Of a stretch of DNA of 64,000 nucleotides, positions 52,901-64,000 are shown piece after piece. Source of the DNA: Chrysomallon squamiferum. Its lineage: Eukaryota; Animalia; Mollusca. Where the stretch lies: positions 12,586,001-12,650,000 of the forward strand of contig CM022675.1 of the NCBI GenBank assembly GCA_012295275.1, in the 5' to 3' direction. Below the pieces are notes generated by a model that ran no database searches, was not told the DNA's origin, and saw nothing but the letters and a program-made list of their open reading frames with translations. The number at the start of each line of letters is the position of its first letter. Positions within the stretch are counted from its first letter, which is position 1. Both the position numbers and the translations under genes were made by a program.

Positions 52901-55900
52901 TTATGATGAAACTAACGGCAGACAAATTTGCAGAACTGGCTGAATCAAATGAGAAATTAACACTATATGGAAGTGTAATATATTTTCTATCTATTTATAT
53001 TTATATATATATATACACATACATATTTCTTTGTTGGTTGGTTGTTGTTAACACACTTTACTCTAGATGTTTTAATTGAATATAGATCCCATGTTACAAC
53101 TTGTATGTAATTTATTATATATGTTGTCTCTGTTTATAAAATATAATAACCTTTAAGTCTTTTAAAACAACATATCTTTGTGCATTTCTGTCATATTATC
53201 TTCATGAAAATGGTGATATATGATTTAAGAAAAAAAACTTATTAAATTTTCATTGAGTGGTGAGATATGTTGAAAATAGGCTTATTTAATGAATGAAAAA
53301 TAAAAATCATCTCTATGTGGTAAACTTTTACAAAAGAAAAAATTGATTCAAATTGTGAAGAACAGTTTCAGATTGAAGCACTGTGAGTTAGAAATTGGAT
53401 TAGAAAATATCAGAATCTTTATAATTGTCAACAAACATTTAAAATATTTTCTCAAATTCATAATGAAGTCCCTAATAAAAAATTGATGTATGTGAAATGA
53501 TATCATACATATGTACATGTCTGACTATTACTGTGTATTGATATATGTCTGTATATTTGTGTATACAAAAGTATGCATTTGTTTGAATGTGTTGAATACC
53601 TATATGAATATATGTCTGTTTTTTAATATATATATGGATTTAAGTAGTTTTAAGTAGGAATTTATATATGGGTATACATAGTCCTAAATATGAATTTACA
53701 TATGGATATATATATATAGGTCTAAGTACAAATTAAATGTGTACATATAATAAATGTGGACATTTATGAGGTGTACATTGTTGTCAACATTTCCTTTACT
53801 TATGAAAGGAAATTGTTACCCACTGTATCTTTTTTTTTTTAAATACTTAAGAAGTGTTATATATTATTTTCCTTTAGGAAAATATAGTTCTCAGGAAAAT
53901 GCATTCAAAGGACCAGACCGAGATAGAAAATTTAAAACACAAATTAAATGAAGCCAGTGCTTCTTACAAAGAGCAGAATCTTAGGCTGGTGAATATATCT
54001 TTTATTTGTTCTACATGTAGTTCTCATATTTATCAGATATTTAGTTTCTTTATTTGTTCTACATGTAATTCATGTATTTAACAAATATTCAATTTTCTTA
54101 TTTGTTCTACATGTAGTTCACATATTTAACAGACATTTTGTTTTCTTATTTGTCCTAAATGTAGTTCAGATATTTAACAAATATTTTGTTTTCTTATTCA
54201 ACATGTAGTTAATATATTTAACAGATATTTTTTTTTATTTGTCCTACATGTAGTTCACATATTTAACAGATATTTTGTTTCTTATTCTACATGTAGTTCA
54301 TATATTTAACAGATATTTTTTTTTATTTGTTCTACATGTAGTTCACATATTTAACAGACATTTTGTTTTCTTATTTGTTCTACATGTAGTTCAGATATTT
54401 AGTTTTTTTTATGTGTTCTATATGTAGTTCACATATTTAGTTTTCTTATCACTTTTTGTTTTGTTTTTAATGTTTTTAATCTTTTCTTCTTTTTTCTTTT
54501 TATTTTTTTAATTCAAATTTACAAAAGAAAAAAGAATAACACTTTTCAATAAATAATATTTGAATGGCAACAAAAGAACAATATGGAAATTTACTAATGA
54601 CAAATTTCTGAACTGTTTCACAGGCCTTTAGAAGGATGATCTATTTATTGTATAACAAACATCTTTTTATAACTTTATTTATAGCAAATAAATATCCATA
54701 TAATATTATTTTATCATTATACTGAGAGAAAGTGATTTAACTTTTTCTATTGTAGTCTCAGTCTGTTTACATGAATGAAAAGTTGATGAGTCAGGTATTC
54801 AAATTAAGAGCAAATGTGATCACCCTAAAACAGATGTTAAACAAAATGTATAAAAGAAAAGAAGAACAGCCATCAGAGGTAGTGTCCCAAATAAATCTTG
54901 CAGGAGAGGAACGTGAAAGAACTCGCCGTACGTTTATCTATATCTAAGTTTTTTTGTTTTGTTTTATATATTGTTGTTAATTTTGCCAACAGCCTGATTG
55001 TAATACGATGTTGAAGCATTGTATCATCAGTATTAATGAAAATGCTTTCTGAACGATTACCTCCCATCAGTCATATGCTTACTTGACATACAGTTTATAA
55101 CAACACAGGTCAAGGTTTGCTTCACCCTTAATCCTCTGCCTTTACTCAGATAAAAAATGGTATGATCTCACATTGTTGTATACTGTATGGCTACTGGAAA
55201 TAAATTAATGAAAGAAAGGCTTATAATTATTTATAAATTTTATTTCATCCAGATAACTTGATCATTCAAGTTTCAGTAGATAGCCTACAGCATCTGAAAC
55301 TGAAGGGATGTCTTGACTCTCTGCAATTGATGCTTTAGTCTAACTAGTCCGTTTTCCATCTCTCTGTACACACGCTTATGGGATGGAGGAGTGGCTCCGA
55401 AGTCAGTCTGGGAAATCTTGGCACTGTCTGCACACTCAGTCTTCTTGATAATGTCCACAACTTGATAGGGTGGTAGTGGGGCATTGCTTTGTTGAGTTGG
55501 TTGTGGAATCCTTTCAGATTGTAGTCATTGAACTCTTGGGCATGAGGAAAATTTGGTGTCGAGTGCATGGTTTCAATCCATGCGTCCTGAATTTTGTCTT
55601 GTGGTAGTTGAGCTAGTCCGGCAGCCCTGTGGATCCACTGTCAGATGGGAGGAGCTTCCTTGTACTGCACTGCAAGTCCCAGGTCTTGCACCTTCCTCCA
55701 CAATGCCTTACAATAATGGAAGTAACACCCCTTGACCTAGGTGTTAGGAAACTCCCTCTCAACAGCACATATGGTAGCCAACTCAAAGTCTGTCTGGACT
55801 GTAGCAGGGTCAAGAGTTAGGTTGAGTCCAGCCTTACCTTTGGTGTTGAGTTGACTGAACAGTCTGCAGTAGTGTTCCTGATGTGATCACCAACGGTAGT

Positions 55901-58719
55901 GCATCTTCCATTGCAAGTCTTGATGATATATTTCCAATGACTACAAGTTTCTTGAACAGCATGCTTGTTGTAGAGGTGACTGTCTAAGAGGATTTGTGGT
56001 GTACCCCTCAATTTTAAATTTAAATACTCCATTGTCTGAAGTACAGCCATGGTGCAAGAATGCCATGATTTGACATTCCAAATGTCACAAAAGCTACCAA
56101 TTGAATAAACTCACTATAATCTGAGAACAATACTTCACAATTTGAATTCCGTCAAAAAATTATTTTTAATATATCTCATTGCTATATCAAAACATGTCTC
56201 CTTCAAAGTCCTTCTCCTATTTAAGAGCAACATCTCCATGTAATTGGAGTAACCAAGAACACGTGCTGCCCACCGGAGTTCTGACTACAACAGTTAGCAG
56301 TGAGACACAGCCAAGACTAGTTGATCATTCCCCATACAAGGGTGCCCAGCTTACTTACTGCTTGACTGCTTTCCAAATTGCATTATGACAGTATGACTAT
56401 AGACCATATGACCATATGACTTCTGAACATTTATTTTTCAAATGTTCCTTGGCACATTTATGTTTTCATTCTGATGCAGATTCATCTGTCTGTTGTGGTG
56501 ATTTACTATGAATTAGTGGAAACATACTGCCATCTAGTACAATTTACTTGTTCACTCAGTGCTGGTTGATTGCTATGGCTACAAACTATGGCAGTATTGG
56601 TGATTTTGCTAAAACAGTGATAAAAACTAATTTGCCTTGATACCTAAAAAAATAAACATTTGAAGCCTGTGATTATGGTAATGAAATTATTCATAATATA
56701 TCTATCTATCTATGTATCTATCTCTGTAATCTGTATTTATGCATATCCACACACACACACACACAAATGTGCATATATATATATATATGTTTTTCTTTCT
56801 TTCCGACCAGGCCAGAGTCAAGAACATTCAAAAAAACAGAAGCCCGAAAAGGGTACATCAGAATATTCAGTTAGTAAAATATTTATTTAGAAAGATTATT
56901 TTGGATGTTGCCATTAAGGGTAGAGAAATTGTTCAATGACTAGTAAAACTAATCATAATATTTAATATGAATCATGTACTTCATATTTAATATGAATCAT
57001 CTGACTAATAATTTCCATTCAGAAAATGACATGACAGTATCAAAGGTCTTTTAGTTGATGCTGTAAATTTGTTTCATTTATCTTAACAGAAAATTAATAT
57101 TTCATTTATATTAAGAAATAGAAAGTTATGTTTAATTTATATTAACAAACACAAAATTACACTTTTCATTTGCATTAATGAACAGGAAATTACATATTCA
57201 TTTACATTAACAAAAAACAAGTGTGCAAATAATTGATAGCTTAGTTGTTTTTAACCATATCAATATTATAATAATACCTTTTATTTATTTATTTATTTAT
57301 TTATTTTTATTTTATTTGTATTTATTTTATTTATTTTTTTTTTTTTTTTTTATCTCAGACTGTAACAAAACTAAATTCAAAGATAACATCTCTGGAGGAA
57401 GAGTTAGCAAAAGAAAAAAGTTAGTTTCTTTATTCGTTTGACATTTGCATTGTCATTTTTATCATAATAAAAAACAACAAAAAAACCCAACAACCTACAA
57501 ACACAGTAAGGAAAAGAAAAGAAATACAAAAATGAAGAAAGAAACCTTTATAAATTGGTACATAAACACATTCATATATAAATATCAAACCTTTTCATTC
57601 AGATTGAAAATCCCTTTTGCACTAAATTACACATACATTAATAAACAAATATAAATTTTAAAACTTAAACATTTTAATTTGGGAATAATGAAATGCCTAA
57701 ACTAAATCTGTTTTAATTGTTAAATGTATTCCTTAAAATGCTCAATCTTAATGTTAAATCTTGGTTTAAACATTAAATTTTAGATTTGAATAAATATTAA
57801 TTTGAACTGTTAAATTTTGTTTTGAAATAAATATTCATTCTAAATGTTAATTTTTGTTTTGAAGTAAAAAGTGATAATTAATGTTGAATCTTGAATTTGA
57901 ATCAAATATTCAAAATAATAAATTTTGTTTTCAAGTAAATATTCATTCTAAATGTTAAATTTTCATTTCAAATAGATATTTAATTTAAATGTTAGATTTG
58001 TTTTAAAGAGCTAGTCATTCTAAATTGTTTTTGTTTTTTTTTAGATATTTATTCTAAATATTACCTGAAATTTATGGTGAACTACAAATTTTCACTTTAC
58101 CTGTTAATTTAATATTTAATAATACATTTTAAATTTTAATTTGAAAGAAATTTTTCTTAAATTTTTAACTTCAGGGATGGTAAATTATCTAAAGCTTGTT
58201 GTCAATATGAAAAAGAAATCACATGAGGTAATTATGAAATAATTCTAACATTTTTCTTCTTTTCTTATTACTGATTTATTTTATATTGTTGCACTTTCAG
58301 TTTTCTCCTTTTGTTGTCATAAATGATTGTCTATCTTATTTTACCTTATTTACTAATTTATTGGTATGAATGTCTAAAACTGAAATACATACACACTAAT
58401 TTATATACTGTCTTAACACATTTACATACACATGCAGCACACAAACTATATGTCTTACTCACAATAATACACATATCTTGGACTGAACTCTCTTGTAATG
58501 TCAGAAGTTGTATATGCAATCAGCATACTTTAAGTTATTTGAAAGAATGCCAAAAGAAGCTATCCACCTTGCACACACAACCTATTACTTCCCCTTCACT
58601 CACAAACACCTACATACCATTGTATGTAAGCACATATATACATGTACATATATATCGTCATTCTTTTTCTCTCATAAATATGTCCACTAACAAATTATTT
58701 GCACAGATACATACATATA

Positions 58720-58755
<36 letters not shown>

Positions 58756-59156
58756 TTCATTTGCATACATAATCCCCTCATTTTGTCTATCTACAACATG
58801 CATTCTGTGCACATTTTCATGCAGTGAGATGTTTATATATACACCCATGCTTTTACTCAAACTATTCTTATCAATCCTACACATACAGATATACATACAC
58901 ATTTTATCAGTTTAAGGTATCCAGTTAATAACAATTTGCTTATTTCAAATATTTCCAGATGCTTGACTCCGGGTTAGTTGCTTCTTCCAGTGAAATTCGT
59001 ATTTCAGAAAGTCGCAGTGCGATAAGCAACAGAGGATCAGTAACACCAACAGATGAGATACCATCACTTACACTAGAAATTCATGACAATAGATTTGAAA
59101 ATAAAAGTGTTGAAAATCTTCAAAATGAACTGTTGCTGCTGAAAGGAAATGTGTTG
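49995..59156 (+). CDS. Twelve small internal exons of the coiled-coil gene: 49995..50120, 50349..50425, 50834..50926, 51583..51620, 52078..52185, 52871..52974, 53878..53988, 54756..54927, 56811..56869, 57359..57419, 58175..58227, 58959..59156
   Basis: All are AG/GT-bounded, phase-compatible and stop-free when joined. Heptad-like helical peptides include FELSKERRNLMQDVQEYV, QTEIENLKHKLNEAS and KLNSKITSLEEELAKEK. No family recognised. Confidence 0.75.
53998..54445. repeat. Intronic ~46-48-bp minisatellite, ~10 units
   Basis: TTATTTGTTCTACATGTAGTTCACATATTTAACAGA recurs, with palindromic core CTACATGTAG. Confidence 0.9.
55345..56050 (-). mobile_element. Degenerate, internally deleted Mutator-like (MULE) transposase with FLYWCH-type N-terminus
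   Basis: The minus strand gives LRGTPQILLDSHLYNK...HWK...CNGRCTT (FLYWCH-like), LDPATVQTDFELATICAVEREFPNT*VKGCYFHYCKALWRKVQDLGL (MULE D and CxxH region) and NLKGFHNQLNKAMPHYHP (catalytic E segment, degenerate). Stops and frameshifts are present. Confidence 0.88.
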
Positions 59157-60071
59157 GTATGTTATGTTTCTTTAAAAAACAAACACAAAAACCCAAACAA
59201 TTATGTTATCACATGTGCTGCTGAATGCTTATTTTGCATGGTTCTGTTATTTCTTTCCACCATCTGACACAAGGATTTGTTTGCAATAAAACTGAAGCTG
59301 ACGTGATCCTTTTTTTTTATTAGATGTTTTTGCTAGCATATTATATAATGTTATGTTTCAGTCACACTGACAGTTTTTTTTAATGAATTTAACATTGTGT
59401 AATACAAATAATTAATTATTGAATATGTTTATGGAAACTTTAGCACAACTGGGTTCATTATTTCAAGACAATAGCTTTATAACAACTGTAACAAAGATAA
59501 TATATGTAATCCGCCAGTAACTTTATATTCATATCTTGCACAATGTTATGAATACAGCCAATATATATATATCAATAAAATAAGTTTTATGGGTTTTATT
59601 TGGAGAGTATATATTTCATGTGAATAATACTTTGTTTAGTATAAAGCTGAAATCTTATGATCATTTATTTTTTATGCTGTAATTTTTGAATAATAACAAA
59701 AAATAAATGAAATTAACTATTTTATTTCTCACCTCACCAGTCTACAGTATCAAATTCATGCTTTTTGAATTTGTTGTCACTATAGATCAAACCTAAATAA
59801 TTCTTAAATTACAAGTATATATCTGTGTTATCTATCTACCTATCTGTCTATCTATAATTTTGTTCTCACTTTTCTGGCATCAGCTGTTTATATGTTACTG
59901 TCACTCTTTCTCAGTGTCACTTTATGTATCACTATCAGTCTTAGTATTTGTAATTTTGTTATTTATTCTGTTTTTCTCATTGTCACTTTGTATGCCATAG
60001 ATACACATTAATTATCATTTTAAATATTACTTATACACAGTAATTTTTTAAATGTCACTTTCTGACTGCTG

Positions 60072-60186
<115 letters not shown>

Positions 60187-60360
60187 TTATAATGCGGGAT
60201 AAGTGGGTTTATCTCTTGCTCTTAATGATTACTTTGTACGTTAGCATCTTCTGTTGTTTGACCCTATTCTATATTGCTGACTTCACTTACATTTTAATCA
60301 TTCAGTCTAATTTACCAAAAAGATATAGGTTTTCTTTTTCATTGTTTCATTTTGCTGTAG

Positions 60361-61910
60361 CTGACCTCCTTTGATTACATTGGAGTAGCAAAAGATCTGT
60401 CTGTAGAAGATGAGATTTTGGTACCTATAAATCGAAGGTTGTCCTGTGATGACGTCCTTATCCCTATGAAAGATATGGGAAGTGTTTCTCATGATTTGGA
60501 TTCACATCAAGAAAAACGTGATTCACTTACTCTTCCAATAAGGGCGCAGGTAAGATTTTCTAGAAGCTATAATGTTGGAGATAAACAGGAAAGAAGAAAT
60601 TCAGCAATAAGTGATTCTTCTGAAAATTTGAAAAGGTATGAACATCAGCTGAGTGGTTCATTTGATCATCAAGAAAATGTTTTACCTGAAAATCAACAGA
60701 ATGTTTCAGTTGACAACAACAAACGTGTTCCACATGATAAAGCAAGAACAGTTTCACCTGAATTTCAAAGTACTTCTCATGAATATCCAAGGAGATTTTC
60801 TGCTGATTATCCAAAAGGTATTATTTCATCTGAACCTCCAAGGAGATATTCTGCTGATTATCCAAAAAGTATTTCATCTGAACCTCCAAGGAGATATTCT
60901 GCTGATTATCCAAAAAGTATTTTATCTGAATATCCAAGGAGATTTTCTGCTGATTATCCAAAAAGTATTTCATCTGAACATCAACAGAACATTTCAGTTG
61001 ACAATACTGAAATTGTTCCACCTGAGCAAGCAAGATCTGTTTCACCTGAATTTCAAAGGAGTGTTTCTCCAGAATATCCAAGGAGATTTTCTGCTGATTA
61101 TCCAAATATTTCACCTGAACATCAACAGAACATTCCAGAAGATGGGACTGAAACTGTTCCACCTAAGCAAGAAAGACATCTTCTACCTGAACTTGAAACA
61201 AATCTTTCTCCAGAGCGTCCAAGGCGTTTTTCTGCTGATTATCCAAGAAATGTTGTCCCAGAGCAAGCAAGAAGTCTTTCTCCAGAACGTCCAAGGAGTT
61301 TTTCTCTTGGTTACGAAAAAAGTATTTTGTCACTAAGAACTGCTTCACCTGGATCTCAAAGAAGTGATTCACCAGAACCTGAAAAAAGTATTACACCAGA
61401 GAGTGTTTCATCTGATATTTATCAAAAGATTCCTTCGAAGCCTGCTAGTTATGACAACATTTTGTCTGATGATTTGAAAAAAGGTTTAAAATATATTATA
61501 TCTGAAGCAGGTGACAGCACTTTTCAAAGACCTGCTTCCGAAATAATTGTTGACAAATATACCATAAGAAGTGATACTGATATGAGAGATGCTTTTTCAT
61601 TTGAATCTCTGACTGGCCCACATCATCAGGAAAGGAAAATGTCTCTGTTTGTTCAGAAAGCAAAAACTAATTTAGTTGAGGAAGTAGAAGGGAAACATCA
61701 GATCTTATCATTGAAAACAAGTTTGCCAAATCAGAAACGTAGAGAAAAAATGGAAACAACCCCTGTTGTTTTATCAGATATTACCACTAATGAACCAGAA
61801 GATGACATATCAAAGCATATTCCTGAAATAGTAATTACAAACACAAGTGTGGAGCCGAATGAAGGTACAAAAGATAAAGAAGATTCTGCAGAGGGTGACT
61901 TACAAATTAA
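60361..61910 (+). CDS. Large internal exon of the coiled-coil gene with PRR(F/Y)SADYP repeats
   Basis: tttgctgtag|CTG ACC (phase 0) to ATT AA|gtatgt (phase 2), 1550 nt open. S/P/E-rich and probably disordered. Confidence 0.85.
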
Positions 61911-62533
61911 GTATGTGATGTTTATTGATTTTTTTATTTATGTATAAATTATTAAAATTTATAACAGATAACAACTAAGTATAAATAATTCTATTAGACC
62001 ATTTATTGATACAATCGCAATTAATTATTAGCAGAAAGTACATTAAAAAGGATTGATCTTCCAATCCATCATGTCTCAAGCAAGCACTATAAATAGACCC
62101 ATTCTTCTGACAATATTTTGATGTTTGACACAATAATGGAATGTTTTGAGAGACTATCATGTATACTGCTTAAAAAGTACATTAATAAGTCAGAAGGCTG
62201 GAGTTTTCAAAAACTGAATTGTCCTCGGTTTTTTTCATTACCAATCTATGTTATAAACTTATGGTTTGAATATCATTTCTTGCTGATAGATAAAAGAATA
62301 TTATGGTTTTGAAAAAAAGAAATTCTTAAAAAATGTTAATTTTAATTGCCACAGAGCTAGGACTCTTGTAGACATCCTGTAAAGGTTTTATAGACTGATT
62401 TCCTAAACTGCTAAAGAAAGAGACTGCTTCACTTTCAGAACTTTGTTTAAAAGATTTGATACAGTATACCTAAATTTGGTGACAATAAAAATAAATTTGT
62501 CTTTTTACTTAATTTTTTTTTAATTTCATTTAG

Positions 62534-62912
62534 GACTTCAAGTAAAGAATCATCAGAACTTCTTGAAAAAGAGATATTATTGATGATAAAGGACTGTGCT
62601 AATAAAATACAGCAAGCTATTTCAAATCACCAAGAATCCATATATAAAATTCTTAAGAGAAATCATTATGAAAGAGCAGCAACAAAACTGATGTCATTTT
62701 GTCCTAAAACGATTCTAAAACATGTAAGTAGTAATAACTAGGTAAATAAATAAATTGGGGTTTACATATTTTAATTATTTTATGTACATGTGTTTAAAGA
62801 TTATGTAATTTATTTATTTACATTCATTTTATAATAATTAAAAATCATTATTTTCAGTTTACTGATGATGCTAAAGCATTAACTGAAAGTGTAATGAAAA
62901 ACACTTGTGATT
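62534..62912 (+). CDS. Two further exons of the coiled-coil gene (62534..62723, 62858..62912); gene probably continues
   Basis: tttag|G ACT TCA...AAA CAT|gtaagt and ttttcag|TTT ACT...GAT T|gtaagt. Phases match and the frame is open. Confidence 0.75.
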
Positions 62913-64000
62913 GTAAGTGATTTCGTTTTTTTCACAATAACTAAGAAAATGCTTACTTTTTCATTTCAGTTGTTGTGATGTCTTAGAAATGGAAACAGAA
63001 ACCTGTAATAAAATTTTGAGATAATTAGACACTAATAGCAATTTTACTAGTATTTCTGCAAATAGTAGCATACTGGTAGACAGACAGTAATGTTTTCTAT
63101 GTCCTTGTTTCAAAAAAAGATTTAATAATGAGCTCTTTTTATTAACTTCAATGATCTGCATTCTTTATTTCATGTGACCATATTTATTATTATTGCTGTT
63201 ATTACTATTATTCAGTTTTCTTAAAAGATTTTTTTTTTTTTTTTTTTTTAGAAGAAATAGAAAAAACAAAAGTAGAGGGAAATATATATATGTGTGTTAC
63301 ATTCAATATGTCAAACTAGTCATCTGGCCTAATGACTACAATTTCCAGGAATTAGGCCAAACAACTGAAATAGACCTCTAGTCATTAGACAGAATGACTG
63401 AATGAAAAAGAAAGACTTGCAGTTGCATGAAATCATTTATTTTGAAACACATCCAGTTGTGTTTTATTTATTACAGCAGTCCAAACTTGAGTGACATCTT
63501 GAATTGCACAAAAGATTGTTCTTGAAATATTTACAATGTTTTGTTTGACACAGTTGCACTTCACATACACTTTGACACTGTATCCAACAATAGCAGTCTC
63601 TGGGGACACACATCAGACTGGTTCCTGCAGTCTTTGCCTTTCAGAATTCCGAAACAGATCTAAGCAAAGCATTAAACCTATTTCACTGTTGGTATTAAAA
63701 TCATTGGTCTTTGATGTAAGAATAACACAACAATAAGGCAGCATATGCCCTGAAAAAGAGTGTAATTAATCTGTCTTTAAATTATATTTATCTGTTGTCA
63801 TTGTTTGATACATATGTAACTAGTGTGCTGCTTTATGGTAGTGAGATATGGGGTTTTCAAAAAGCATATGTTATTGTGAAAATTCACTTAGATTTTTGTA
63901 AAAATATTTTAAATGTTAAAAGGTCAACCACAGATATTATGGTTCTGTTATGAATTAGGTAGATTCCCATTTTGTTTTGGTGATTGTACTTATTGAAGGA

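Noticed and set aside
58323-58772. 149-aa plus-strand ORF
   Set aside because: Intronic AC/AT-rich low-complexity sequence that does not fit the exon phase chain.
60560-61372. 227-aa alternative-frame ORF and antisense ORFs in the large exon
   Set aside because: They coincide with the internal repeat region, with no independent start or splice evidence.
62970-63492. Possible terminal exons of the coiled-coil gene (acceptors at ~62969 and ~63476)
   Set aside because: Each gives only a few codons before a stop, so they cannot be distinguished from chance acceptors.

Overview
AT-rich, microsatellite-dense animal genomic DNA with spliceosomal introns. The gene content and repeat style suggest an invertebrate, plausibly a mollusc or cephalopod (inference only). 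Most ORFs in the supplied track are microsatellite artefacts. I assembled five spliced genes by hand from GT-AG sites and intron phases. (1) The last coding exon and a probable ~7 kb 3'UTR of a poly(rC)-binding protein (PCBP/mub) gene, + strand. (2) A 3-exon minus-strand gene (845 aa): signal peptide, 10-Cys Ly6/three-finger domain, ~700-aa acidic and mucin-like stalk, GPI signal. (3) A 328-aa GRHPR-like D-2-hydroxyacid dehydrogenase (minus) whose first coding exon and core promoter are tandemly duplicated. (4) A 387-aa type II membrane carbohydrate 6-O-sulfotransferase (plus), divergent from gene 3. (5) A >1,500-aa unrecognised coiled-coil protein (plus, 16 exons modelled, probably running out of the window) with two independent RRxS repeat arrays and a frameshift inside one array. 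Also present: Tigger/pogo and MULE transposon relics, a SINE-like relic and several minisatellites. No prokaryotic-type system, CRISPR array, rRNA or intact tRNA was seen.
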